Source of the DNA: Eledone cirrhosa
Taxonomy: Eukaryota
Length of the DNA: 64,000 nucleotides
Assembly: GCA_964016885.1 (NCBI GenBank)
Contig: OZ024742.1
Span: 87,110,001-87,174,000, forward strand
Direction of reading: 5' to 3'
Part shown: positions 1 to 15,380 of the stretch, piece after piece
Numbering within the stretch: the first letter of the stretch is position 1
How the letters are laid out: each line of letters starts with the position of its first letter
Notes under the pieces: generated by a model
Seen by the model: the letters and a program-made list of their open reading frames with translations, nothing else
Told to the model about the DNA's origin: nothing
Database searches by the model: none
Translations under genes and position numbers: made by a program

Positions 1-681
1 CGTATGTATGTGTGTGGGTGCCTTATATACATATTTATGTGTATATATATATATATATATATACGTTTAAATAATTATATGTATACATACACACACCCAT
101 ACTATGTGTATTTGGTGTATACGTTTGTATATGTGCGTGAACATATGTCGTACGGTTTTATATATGTGAGCGCGTGTTTATGTGTACCTGCATGTATATG
201 CATGCATTGCGGGTGTTTTCACGTATGCACGTGTATGTATATATTTAATTATTATTACTTTTATGATTTTAATAATCTTTGTCATTTTCGTTCTAGTCAT
301 TTATTTACATTTCTTCTTAACTCTTATCGCCGAGAATCATTCGGTTTCCTAAATAGAATATTAGTCTACGTGTCCATTTATACCATAAACGTGGTTTTGT
401 TTTTATCTTTCGATCCACATAACGACGTATTATTTTCGCTTTTTTCCTTCCATTGCCTGGGAACGTCTTCACGAACCAAAGTATCGTCTTTCTGGTTTCC
501 TTCCGTTGCTACATTTATCGAAATATTTACTTCTGCATTCACACATTTATTTGTTTAGTTACAGAAGATCCAGTTATGGTGGAAAAAACGATTCTTTGCT
601 TTAACTTCAATCTGTTATTTTAATAGATATGTGCTCTAGGTTTGTTATGTATTTGATATATATTTACCCTTATCGAGCCCT

Positions 682-729
<48 letters not shown>

Positions 730-776
730 GCAACCACGCACGCACGCACAAATACATACGCACCACATACACACGC

Positions 777-868
<92 letters not shown>

Positions 869-916
869 GCGTGTGTATGTGTGTGCGTATGTATTTGTGC
901 GCGTGTGTGTGTGTGC

Positions 917-960
<44 letters not shown>

Positions 961-964
<4 letters not shown>

Positions 965-1252
965 CCACTCGATGCTCGGATAGAGCAGAGTATGATATCA
1001 CAGAAAGAAAGAGAATCAGTGCTGGGACGAATGGAATTTATTGGACATATTACAATCAGATACGTCTTGATTCTACGAAGCAGGAACATCTGCTTCGTAG
1101 AATCAAGGCGTATATGAGGACCTTGTGATTTTCAGAGTCAGGTTCGATCATCACATCGATTGTACCTCGAGCTGGTCGCCAGAGAAACGATTGTAATTTG
1201 TCCAATACATTCTATTTGTCGCAGCACTGATTCTCATTCTTTTCTGTGATAT
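961..1252. repeat. Fold-back element in (TA)n: ~63-bp outer inverted arms enclosing a 24-bp inner hairpin
   Basis: 995-1057 is the reverse complement of 1189-1252 (about 6 mismatches and 1 indel). 1060-1083 pairs with 1090-1113 (one G-T). (TA)n lies on both sides. Confidence 0.85.
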
Positions 1253-1256
1253 ATAT

Positions 1257-1431
<175 letters not shown>

Positions 1432-2361
1432 AATGGAATCGGTAAAATCAGTTAGATTTTTACACACCAGAGTACTGGATAATATGGAAAACTCGGTATT
1501 CCAACGGCTGAGGGCCTGCCTTTTTAACAGCTAGATCCGAACTCCATGAGTGTATGTATACATGTATGCATCTATGTGTATATGCGTATGTGTGTATATT
1601 GAAGAATGTTTTGTTGAAGTTTAATTACCTATTAAAATGCGGCCTTCATCTGTTTCATTACTGAAAATTATATATACTCACACGCATATTCATACATATC
1701 CCTTAAATCTGACACGCATACAGAAATATGTAAAGAGAGTGTAATTTTAAAACTTCGTGTTATTTATTACTACTCCACTAAATATTAAAAAAAAATCCTC
1801 CGATATAACACCCGTGTAATGAATAATTGTTATATGGTTATTCACCCATTCGAGCTGTCATGTTCACAAGAGATTAACGGCAATAATATGATCTCTAATG
1901 TTTAATTTCGTGAGTCAAAATACACATAGTTGTCATCATTAAATTATCCAATTGTCAATTACGTTTTTGGCGTAATAAACCGTTCCTCAGTAAGTTCGCA
2001 CCTTGTCATATTGATTGGTACTTAACATGTATTTATACATTGCTATCGGAATATAATATGTCGGAAATTCGTATCGGATTAATATTTTCTAATAAAAAAT
2101 CTATGAGGTGTTCTTACTTCATCGTGGCTTGCTACACAGTATATCAAGGGAGACAAGTCAGAGTGTTACAATTTAGGTAGATTCTCGACATTCTAGAATG
2201 TAACAGTTATATGTCACTCAAATTACGCTGCACTAGCTTCCGCCAGGAAGGATGCAATGGATAGTATATTTCAACACATACTGCATAACAAAAAATGAAT
2301 TTTATTTAAAGCTAGAAAACTTGTTTCATTGTTCTGGTTCATATGAATTGTTCTGGCGTAA

Positions 2362-2455
2362 AATAAAACAACAATAAGAATAACAATATATCTGTATTAC
2401 GATAAATCTTTATTTGTTAATACAGATATATTGTTATTCTTATTGTTGTTTTATT
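2362..2455. repeat. Perfect 38-bp inverted repeat
   Basis: aataaaacaacaataagaataacaatatatctgtatta (2362-2399) is the reverse complement of 2418-2455. Confidence 0.9.
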
Positions 2456-4089
2456 ATAAGATTTATTGTGGTTTCGTAAAAGTTTATGCTTGAAATGACT
2501 TATACTTTAATGTTTCTCTCAGTCCTTACTATGCATTTATTAGCATAAAGTTTGAAAATTTAGACAGATATGGTTTATTATTAGAATCTGGGAATATCAA
2601 TAAATCAATATCCTTTTTTTCTGACATTTGTGAAAGGTGTTGCGATTAAATTCTACACACGCATACACAGTTTGTAATCAACCCAAATATATCTTAGAAA
2701 ATAATTACTCTTCGACATGAAATTACTCTGTTGATGTTTACAGGATTCTACTTCAAAATATATAGGGGAATAAAATATAGTGTGAGTTTTTTTCAGCGAT
2801 GACACTTTTTTAATTTTTCATAATTTCATTCTTTATTACATAAACAATAATTGCTTTAAATCATTTTTTTTAAATTTAATTAATTGATTTATTGTCAGCA
2901 ATGAAAAAGAAAAAGAATTAATCCAAATATATAATTTCGTAGTTTTGGCAAAAATATTTCTTTCAAAAAATTATTAGAAATTCAAAACACTTAAGTGTTT
3001 CTATTCCCAATAAGACAAAGTTCTATTAAAAGGTTCTTAGTGTTATCAAGAATACAGTTAAGCGCGATTATTAATGGTTTCCACCATTCTCTTCCGAAGT
3101 CAATATTTTTATTGTAGTCACTTTCCATGTTAGACATTTGCAAACGTTCCAGTATTAGTTTCCAGTTTTCTCAAATAAATAGTCAATATACTTTTCTTTT
3201 ACAGAAAAGGAATACTATCCTTACATTGGATGTTCCAAAGCAGAAGAATGATTTTACTTTCTTTCCATAAGTTCGCATATTAATATTACGTTCAGCTTTC
3301 AATATCCTATCATTCTGGATATTTCTTACAGGTTTTGACACTCCGTATATACATTCTTAGCAATCCTGGTTCAATTGCTTATCTTTGTATTTTAGTAAAT
3401 GACAATAATTAAAAGGATTTGATTGTAAAAGGAGGTTTTAATATATGTATAAGTCTCACGGGTTAATCGATGCTTGATTTCGAAATCTGCCAATCTTAAG
3501 ATCGCAAAAACGTCATAGCAATTGTATAATTTCAATAATACGTTCTCATCTTCGACTTGGAAAGACCATGGTAAACATGATTTCTAGAAATGGCTTTCTA
3601 TATTGCATACATGATAACATGTAACAAGTAATTCCCTTTTACATTTCACATTGAAATATCACGAAGATGCACATGCTTGGCATCTCCTTTCTCAGAGAGC
3701 TACACCTTAGAAACGTAAAGTTCCTGATATCCATGTTCTTTCAAATTTGCGAAACATTCGCTCGCTGGTTTCAAATAGACGAATGCATTCTTATGCGCAA
3801 ATACGCAATATATCGATCAGTACGATCATCAGTACAATAATAAAACATGAGGAAGACTTAATACTTTAATGATTATTCAACAATAAGATGGATGTCATAG
3901 AAAACATAGCCAGTGCCTTCAACAAAAGGTTTGTCACATTAGCAAATCAATATTGAATACCTACATACACATACGTATAATGGTTGATTGAACAGGCTCG
4001 ACGTTTTTCTCATTAATTTCTGTTCCTTCCAATTCACACACACACCCACACACACCCCGCACACACATTCACACATACACATACACACG

Positions 4090-4123
<34 letters not shown>

Positions 4124-6046
4124 GGGGGGGGGGGGGGGGGGGTGCTAAAATGTATATTTAGAATATGTATTCTGAAGTGTTGTAATATATTGTAAAATAT
4201 ATTACTGTATAGACGAATGTAAGTCATGCGAACGGAGTAAACAGACAATTTTCAATCTTCAGCCATCCGTTTTGAGAAAGGATATCAATAAATATTAGAT
4301 ATTTGCGCAAACTATAAATCGTCAACAAATTAAAGCTTGGAAACTGTGAACGCTATGTTATACCACAGCCACTTTGAAACTATTACAATTCTTTGGTACC
4401 ATATAGGACAAGTGTGGTTGGTGGGGTTAAAAAACCAAAAGTGACTGCTAGCTTCAGATAACAGGACACCGCGCAACCAGTATTTTACATGAAACAACAC
4501 AAGAAATACAAGAACATGAAACATTATTTCCGACGAAAAAGCTCAAAATAAATGCGTGGACGCCGCATTAAATTACTAGTCTTTTAACTGAAAAGCAAGG
4601 CGATTTATGAAGAGAAAATAGTTTCTTTACTTATTAAAACAATTTCAGTAAATCTAACTGAATCAAAAAGGAATAAGAGGATGGAAACAGAACAAAGAAG
4701 CAATTTTTGATTATCAGAGATTCATCAGATTGCAGAAAATCACAGATATGTACGGAATATTTTAAGGAAGTTGGGAAATATCCTAACAGTAACTATACGT
4801 AAATCAATGTAGTGTTGACGTGAATATCCCAAAGAAACAAAGCGAATATAAGTTTCGTGGAAATAAATTATTTCATTAGATTTCCATCAATAGTCATCTA
4901 CTACAGGCTGTGATAAGTATTACACAGTTTTATTTTATAGATATGTATCCCTTTCATTCTAGGAGCCTTCGTAATAACGTTTAGATCTTGCTGAATTCTT
5001 TGTATACATCAGCGGCATGGAATAATACCTTATATTCTACGCGCGTCGACTACTACTTAGTAACGGTAATGCTTGAATAAAATATATCTGAGTCTAATGA
5101 TTCTTTTCACGGTACACTTGGATTCTATGACGGTGCTGACGCGTGTAATCTTATAGGATCATGCATTCTCCATATGCTAGAATGCAATTCCACAACAACT
5201 CCTTTGAGCTATACTGTGAAAATGGTTTTTCACTTACACATGATTATTACAGACAATCTTGACCTATTTCGTAGAAATTAATTGACATATTTCGTGCTTT
5301 CAAACTTAAATTTACGCTTGATATGAATCTCTTTAAATAACATTTCCTTTAGGTAAACTTAGATCTAAGTACAGCGTCGTATTCATCATACCATAAGCCC
5401 AACGAACATTTGGTCACCTCCGTCTATGTTTTTTTTAAAACTCAGATTCTAATATCTGACGTCTCAAATGTATCAGTAACCAATGATATTTCAATTATGC
5501 TGGGCCTTACTTCAACCAAGCCCTTATAGAGAGGAGTTTTAAAGACACAAGCACATCCACACGAATACATTCCTAACCAACCAAGCTAACAATGCTAACA
5601 GAAAAAGAAGAATTAGCTGGTTCACACACCACTTTTCTCTTAACCGAAAGACTAATGTATGTCAGCAATATTCAGATTTAACAGACATACATTTACGATC
5701 ACAAATTAGATACAGTAAAATGTTCCTTGTCACCTGGACCATCTATGAGATCAACAATTATTGCAAAGAATATATCCTACGTAAATCTAACATGTTCATG
5801 TAGAATTCCACAAACACACACACACATACTCAAATACACACACACACACCCGCACACACACACGTACACACACACACGCACACACACATACACACATAAA
5901 CACACATACAGACACACGCATGATTTCCTGCGAATGAAACAGTTCAAGTCGTGTAGATCCAATTTCTATATTACATTTAGCATATACTCTCCTAATGTAT
6001 TGAGTACCTTCCTAAATGTGGTTACCCCGGGATTAATCCCGGGTTA

Positions 6047-6133
<87 letters not shown>

Positions 6134-8732
6134 GTGCGCTCGTGCGCTTGTGATTATATTGAGGAGGAACGCCGTAGAATGAGTGGATGAGAGATATGAT
6201 TAAATAAATGCATATGCAAATTTATACAAATATAGAGACATGCATAAACCAAGTGTTAGTGATGTACATATATAAGATGATTTGTAATTATAGGAATAGA
6301 AAGAAAAGTAGATTATGTTTAACCAGTGAAAGTTATGGAAAACGAAAATACATTGTAAACGTCTTGTTGTAAAGATCAGTGGAATCATCTCAGTTAAAAC
6401 GTTCGAACATATAACATTTAGTGAATTTTCTCGTATAAAGTATAAATAGTTTGATTAATATAGACAGGTTTGAACAGCCAGTAGTATGTACTCTCCGTTG
6501 AATTCTTCTCTCTTAATGCTTCAGTTGATTACAGGAACTGACGTATGAAATGAAACGTGAACTGAAGTGTACACTTTGAATTACATGTACATGTGAATGG
6601 AAACTTGTTATAAAATCACACACACACACTCAAACATACAGTTGTTACTGTGTGTATATACGGAAAGTAAGGAAGACATATATGTATATATATATTTAAA
6701 TTGCAAACACATATAAGCGCACGTGTGTGTCTCGTAAGGTAAAAGATGAAAAAGAATATTTAAAATGAAACGTTGTGAGCTGTGTGAATCTTAGGATTGT
6801 ACATATCTATCTATATGTATAATACTTATGGTTTTACTCTTCAATCAAATGGTACATTTCAGTGAATATGTTTGATTAGGTTATGCTAGTATTAAACATA
6901 TAACGTAGTTGCTTCTTCAAGACCATGTGATGCTGCTGCTGGAGTGTCGCAGATCTCAGAAAAGCAACATACACTTATCTAATTAATATTCTCACACACA
7001 TACATAGACTCAGAGACGTGCACACGCACACACACACATACACATACACACGTGCACACACGCATACACACACACATATACACCAATATACACACATATA
7101 TTAAGAATTGCACTAAGCAGACGAAGTGTACGTTAAGGTTATACATACAACATCAGTAACCAAGACAGCCGATATGTATATAAATATATGTACTACTAAC
7201 GCCAGATAAATGAATTACATGTAAAAACAATCAGAACGAAACACATTCATTCATAGCAGTATGCTGGAGAGTTTGTGTGTGTGTTTTGTATATACTAGTG
7301 TATTTGTTTGAATGTGCAAAAATGCGAATGCATGTGCGTTGGGCCTCAAGAAATATGGATGCTCAACATGTTTAAAAGTGCTAAATGCAGCGCCGTTCAT
7401 AAGCAGGCGAATATAGAAATGTTATTGATATTCGCTTGTTTATCACTGGGTCATCAGACAAGAAATAACGTTCCAATAGCTTACACAGTATGAATAAAGA
7501 AATATTCAAGGTGAGGCAGTGGGATTTAATTGTGAAGAAGTAAGTACGATAGGGTGGGCATAGTGATGATGGGAGTTGGTAGGGTAGGGCTGTGTGAAAA
7601 AGAAAGGTAATAGTGGGTGATAGTCGACACAGCTATAGAATTTTAACTGGTCAGTTGAAGGCAGTTGATGAATAAGAAGGCTGGTTAATAGGGATTAGTG
7701 AAAAGGTAGCTTGGATTGGATGGAATACACATATGTGTACATACATACACATATGCGTACATACATACACATATGTATACATACATACACACAAACCTAT
7801 ATGCACGCACATGCACACTAAATATATGTATTTTTGTGTACAGGCTAACATCAAATTAGATGTTTCATCAAATCTCACAATATTTAATTCATAAAAAAAC
7901 ACCTAATTAGAATTGTCACTAGAGGAACTAGAATGTTTAAATAATTTTACTGGATATTGATACACGTAATCTAAATGTTTAAAAGGATATTTCAACTGTA
8001 AACTTCAAAAACATAAACATGGGTATTCCATTGCGAGTAAAGTCATTTAATATTAATTTAAATAGTTTAGCTCATGTTGCAAATGATCTGGAATAGTAGA
8101 TATGATCTCTTATGGGATATACTATCAAATATTTGTTCTACTTCAGCTTTTTCTTTTTCAACGGTAAATAGCGATGCTGTATATATACAGTCTATATGTC
8201 GAGTGTCAGTTGAGGTGAATGTGTGATATGCTATCTCATTGTCTGCGCATTGTTTTCGAATCTTAGAAAATAACCCATATTATTGAATGACTACAACGTA
8301 GATAAACATGAAGCAATTAAACATGTCCATGCACAACTCAAATTCAGCCTAGCTTTATTAGCAGGTCTGAGGAGATCGAGCTGAAGTGGGTGTATTTCTT
8401 CGATAAATAACCTGAGCCACCCATGAGGGAAACGGTCGTAACTGTGCATACTTAATAAATAGCTTAATGTGAAATCTCAATCAGTTTTCAATATAAAGAG
8501 TTGGCCACGTGAATGAACCTGTTATTTTTCTGTTAAACTATTTAACCGTTTCTGCCCTGCCACTCTCTGCAATCTTTTTTTTTTTTTCTTTAATTTCTCA
8601 TTCTATTTTCTAATGAAGGCCTAGCATCTGATACGTTACGACTCCTTTCCTACTTTAACAAACGTAACAGCTAATCATATATTTCTGTATCGATTTTTCT
8701 GTTCTTTATGTGTTCGTTTGTATATATATATA

Positions 8733-9492
<760 letters not shown>

Positions 9493-9636
9493 TCAGGTTT
9501 GAGGTTCCCCACTGGATAGAGCTGGTCAATTCCGTATGGTCAATCTGAATGTAATAATATGGAGAGGACTCAACGTAAAGCAGTTCAACCGTCTTTGTGT
9601 TTGTAGTTGGTGGTGCTAGTACGGAGTTAAATATTA

Positions 9637-10009
9637 TAATGAAATGACAGGATGCTGGACTTGTGTAAATCCTTGAAAGGTTTATTATACTATGATCATT
9701 TCAATGACCGGGTTCCGTATGAATCCGGTGATATCATCAGGTATTCGAAATATAATAAGTGAATGTAATAGATAAAATCCATGGGGCTGGTCACTTGAGG
9801 GTGACCGGCAAAGGTGGAAGATGGTGGATGGCGGTCGTCCTCGGGTCTTTGATTTTCAGCCCCATGGATTTTATCTATTACATTCACTTATTGTATTTCG
9901 AATACCTGATGATATCACCGGATTCATACGGCGCCCGGTCATTGAAATGATCATAGTATAATAAACCTTTCAAGGATTTACACAAGTCCAGCCTCCTGTC
10001 ATTTCATTA
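9637..10009. repeat. 153-bp near-perfect inverted repeat with a 67-nt structured spacer
   Basis: 9637-9789 vs 9857-10009, about 4 mismatches. The spacer holds ggtcac-ttgagg-gtgacc and a second imperfect hairpin. Confidence 0.92.
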
Positions 10010-10040
<31 letters not shown>

Positions 10041-10114
10041 CATAAACGCACACACACGCACCCACACACACGCACACACACACCCATACATACACACACA
10101 CACACACACATATA

Positions 10115-10198
<84 letters not shown>

Positions 10199-11149
10199 GT
10201 ATTCTGTATATCAGACGCATTCACATCAGAAGCATAGAACAATAATATCTAATTGAATAGTATTTAACAGAATCTCCCCAATATGGAATCTCCATAACAC
10301 TCATTAGAAGAGAATCCCTCTTCACCTTATAAAATTAATTTAATTTACTATGATATTCTCATAAATGAAATAAATATCTCATGAAAGAAAATCATATGTG
10401 CAACAAGCACCAGGTTTAATTGCATTTCAGTAGACCATTAATTTCGCCGACAAATTATGATCTATTAGCCACACATTTGGCAACTGTCGAATATATTGAT
10501 ATAAATTACAATTTTATATTAACATCTCGAACTACATATTTTAAGCATTTCAAATATATACGTCTTCGCAAAAAACAAGTATATGCGGGAAAATAAATTT
10601 TAGCTTTCGTTTAGCAGTTTGCAGTCTAGGTAACGGGAATGATTTGCGATCATACGCAAATATAGTTCACGGTGAAAAACGGTTGCTCAATCCGAATTAA
10701 AACGTAGCTACAATTTAACTCAATACACTATAGACATATTATTTCCTGATTTCTGAAGAAATCTTGACACGCTGTCATGAATGTTAATGTATGATAAAAA
10801 TAAATGAGAAAATAATAAATAATACCAATATGATTTTCGTCTATAATGAATTTGACGAACAAACAACGACTAATGTCACATGAACCGGAAGATACAACAA
10901 GAAACATCAATGGAATAATGAAGTCTAATCTATTTGAAACAAAACTCAAAATGGAAATAAAATTGAAAAAGCATTCATAAAAAAATGTTTAAACTATTTT
11001 AAATAATGCACTTACATAAACATACACATAAACATACACCCAAACATATGTACAGATGAACATACACGCATACAAACAACCACACCCACCGATACATACA
11101 TACACATGCACACATACACACAAACATATATATATATATATATATATAA

Positions 11150-12995
11150 TGATATTAAATAAATAGAAACTATATTTATAAAACCATATTTATTCTATTA
11201 TATATATTTCAAGGGTACCAACATTTTGGTACGCTATCATTAGATAAAATACGAAATGTGTGTTATAAATGTTGTCATAACCAAGGAGAATATACCTTAA
11301 CGGTGCAAGTTATCCTTGGATATATATTATATATATATATATATATATAATATAAGATCAAAATATGGTTAAAGGAGTTCCATGTATTTTATTATGCGCA
11401 TTTCAAAAACAAACATCATCATACAATAATATTTGTGTTTTCATCAGATAAAACAGGAGAACATGATATGAAGGCTAAAAAACACTTGTGGATAGTGCAG
11501 TTTTAAATCAACATATGAAAAGTGGTTTTAGATTGATGTGTGATATTGGGAAAAATATTTTATTTAGAGAGGGGGGGTGAAAAAGGGGAGGAGATCAGAG
11601 GGAGAGATGGGTGATAGAGAGAAAGAGATAGTTTTTATAACTGAGAGAAGATATATTGTTTTACATAGAGAGGTTGAAAACCGTTGGAAGATAATGTATA
11701 AATTAAAAGAATTTGAAAATTAACGAAGGGAAGATATGTAGGAGGAAAAAATATTTTATTTAGGGAGGGGGGGAAGGATGAATAAAGGGGGAGGAGATGA
11801 GAGTGAAGGTGGAGAGGGAGAGATAGGTGATAGAGAGAAAGAGATAGTTTTTATAACTGAGAAAAGATATATTGTTTTACATAGAGAGGTTGAGAACCGT
11901 TGGAAGATAATGTATAACTTAAAAGAATTTGAAAATTAACGAAGGGAATTTATGTATGAAGATAAAAAATAATAATTGTGGATGAATATTCTAACGTCAA
12001 AAAAAGTGTATGTTGATAAGTATTGTGGCAATTTCAAAATTAACGAAGAGAAAAAAAATTATTAAGGTTTGTGTGTAGAAGGATTTGAGAAAAATAATGT
12101 GGAGTTAAAGTTTGTATATTGAAGTAATTGATAATATGTGCGAATAAAGAGTTAATATGTATTAAAAATGAGTTCGTTGATGGGGAGAAAAAAAAAATAA
12201 TAAATTAAGGATGAAATTGAGATTAAAAAGTTTTATAATAGAGAGAAAAAATAATAATAATTGCGGATGAATATTCTAACGTCAAAAAAACAAATGTATA
12301 TGTTATGAAGGATTTTACAAGGTGAAGATAGAAAGAGGGTAATGAGTAAACAAGTATTATAGAGTGTATAATGCCCTTTGAAGTAAGGTAGGAAGATGGG
12401 TATATTTTAAAGAGGTGTATGTATATGTGCCTTTGAGAAAAGATTCTAAATTGATAAAGAATTGAATATTAACTGTATACTTTGTGAAAAGTCCTATGGA
12501 ATTTATGCAGGCAGATAGAAAACAAATCTGTACGTCTATTTATTATAGAATCTAGATTAGAGATAATGGTAAATTTTTCATTTAGGCAGAGATTACAGAT
12601 TTTAGATAGAGAGCTGTTCAAGTTCTAAAATCTGTTCAGAAGTACCAAACCATAAATTTAGGTTCAAAGAAGAGCAATTAGAACTAACCTGTGGGATAAT
12701 TCTATCCAAGATGGCTTTACTAACAATCCCCAGATCAGATTTAGAGGGGGCGATTAATGTAACAGGTAGTTCAGTGCGAACATTGTTTTTGTGATCCTTG
12801 AGATTTATCCTCTGAAGTGATTGGCTGGTTCAACATATTGGATAATAAAAACAAACTAAAATTTATTCAATTTACCTGCCCCTGAAAAACTTGCACGTAT
12901 TTTATAAAGAATAGCCTGTGGAGGTTTTCTGTTTATACGGCACAGGGTGTATAATCGAACGAAACTTATGTAGCTTTCTATGACACTGATGTAAC

Positions 12996-13088
<93 letters not shown>

Positions 13089-14569
13089 TGTGTGCATTAT
13101 AACACATGTTGAGTATCAGTGTGTATGAGGATGTGCCTACATGTTTCGTATCTGCATGTGTATCAGCTTCTAAGTGTTCGAGTGTGTGCTTAAATATAAA
13201 CACAGATATTTTTATCATTCCCTTATTCATAAATGTATGACAGAAAAAAAATATTGTGATCCAATATATGCACAACCTGACATTTTAAGACATTTTAAGA
13301 CCTATATTCTCGAGCCAAGTACTTCCCCTGAACTCTATTTTTATGATTTAAAAAAAAATGAAATCAATCTGCTACTGGAAAATAGGCAACACATTATTTG
13401 TGCAGTTGGACATATGTCAAGATGTGAACATGCTGCACATAACTTAACCGCTGTTTTATACGCGTGTTTGGTGATAAAATTCAACAAATGCACACACATT
13501 ATTCTATATGTTAAATAGTGGTTTATGTAGCATGGCATGCTAAACTACTTATATCAAGACCATTTGTTCATTCGGAGATCAAAGGAATGTACACTCGTAA
13601 GCATGCCCTTCATCACAGATATATTAGGCTTAGAATGTTACACATAATTGTGGTGTGAGATATTACTAAATCGTATGGATGATTATATGCGAAAAATTTA
13701 CGATGCGCTCCCTATAAAAATTATCAGCTATTATTTGGTCAACTAATGTAATATGTATGATATATTTTGTTCCAAATATGATAGTTGATGGACATATGAT
13801 ACTACGATGCTTTATACATACTACGAACCTCCCCCATTTTTATTGCTATACGCAATGTCTAAACGATTGTGAATGCTATAATATTTTGTGATTTGTAACA
13901 ATTTTGCTGTTTGATGTTTGGTTATTATTAAACCCGCCTTCTGAAGGTATTTTAGATTGTACACAGTTTAATATTAAACAAAAAAATATTCGGGTTTTGT
14001 TCACTGCATAGGCATGGCAGACTATATTTTATACGACACAGATTTCATGTACAGACGTGGTGCTACGAAATTCAATCATTGTAAATTATTGTACATTACC
14101 ATTCATATGAAATCTTTAGTTAAGTTATTAAGTTTATATATTGGTGATGAGTCTGCTATGCTTTATAGAAGAAACGTATCACCGTTTTACGCATATCTAC
14201 CTCATGTCCATTGCACATTTATCAGTAATAGGTTCAGTAAAGCGTTTATAGATTCGATTATTTTAACGGTATTTCTTTTATATGTTTGTATTGTGCATAT
14301 ATTTAATGCTGAAAGTTTTGAATAAACTTGGGTTTGTATCAATAACAAAGTTTGGAAATAGCTTATCACATATACTGTATGAATTATGCTTGTAATGATC
14401 TCAACATTAACACAATAAGTAAATAACATGAATGTCCTGTGAAGGTTTCTTGTGATGAACATTGCTGAATAGAAAATATCTACACATATATCTACGATAA
14501 GAAGATAGTCGTAGATTACATAAACCTGTATTTGAGAAACTGCCAAAATCATCAATTCTTGATTTCTTA

Positions 14570-14575
<6 letters not shown>
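11150..14575 (+). pseudogene. Decayed intronless multi-ORF island, probably from an endogenous virus or large DNA element; products unidentified
   Basis: Successive + strand frames with protein-like composition continue through isolated stops. For example, 13174-13872 stays in one frame with 5 internal stops, and 14014-14325 is open. Confidence 0.5.
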
Positions 14576-14637
<62 letters not shown>

Positions 14638-15198
14638 CGTTTCTAAATTATTGGCAACATGACCCTCCCAAAGTATAACAATATATATATATTGCAATAA
14701 GTTTACCAATATCTTTTGAGTCGAGGATGGGAGGCGGAATCGTGATACATCAGGTTTTTTTTATTGGTGTAGACATACACGACTAAGCAATACGGTTCAT
14801 GGCCGTGATCGAAGTCTAAACTATATTTATTTCATATAGATTTTTCTCCTGTGAGAATATGATTAAAAGCTTAATACGACGTGTTGGGGTGTTCCCTGAA
14901 TTAACTTTCTCTACTAGTAATAGATATTGTGTGATGCCCCATACTCTATTTCAATGTAAATAATAAATAACTAATGTTCAATAAATACAATGAGGATACA
15001 CATAATTAGTGTTCAACTCAATTACAGAACATCTCAAATAAATAGACCTTCTAAGTAATTTGAATTTTAGCATTTTTTGGTTTTTCATTAGACGAGATGT
15101 TTTACTTTTCAAAATAAATTTAATTCTGATTTCATAATATGCATACAAAAAGACATCAACATAATTGAAGAAACAGAATACTTAGAAAGGAAAATAAT

Positions 15199-15380
15199 TG
15201 TTTCTATTTTAGGCACAAGGTCAGCAATTACCCAGTACATTAGTGGTACTTTATTTTATCGACCTCATTAGGATGAAAGGCAAAGTTCACCTCGACCGGA
15301 TTTGAACTCAGATGGTAAAGGGACGTAACTATGCTGGAAAGCATGTCCGACCCTCCACCGATACTGCCAATTCACCGCCC
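15199..15380 (-). mobile_element. tRNA-derived SINE, full length, with 18-bp target-site duplication
   Basis: B-box-like gagttcaaatcc, core ctttgcctttcatcct..gtcgataaaataaagtacca and tail ccttgtgcctaaaatagaaacaatt on the minus strand. TSD cttagaaaggaaaataat at 15181-15198 and 15381-15398. Confidence 0.9.

Noticed and set aside
3080-4760. Possible very old LINE RT remnants (for example QKGIR..EAIF near 4660-4720)
   Set aside because: Too decayed to support by eye; it needs a profile HMM search.
8405-8445. Possible further hammerhead (ccc-atga-ggg-aaacggtcgta)
   Set aside because: The core is too degenerate and there is no stem I pairing.
9790-9845. HLRVTGKGGR, resembling the tyrosine-recombinase V.GKG.K motif
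   Set aside because: The match is short and lies in a hairpin spacer, with no R..H..R/Y catalytic context. The mirror ORFs 9696-9887 and 9759-9950 arise from the inverted repeat.
12340-13530. Repeated in-frame TAG codons suggesting stop-codon reassignment
   Set aside because: TAA and TGA stops and frameshifts also occur, so ordinary decay explains them.
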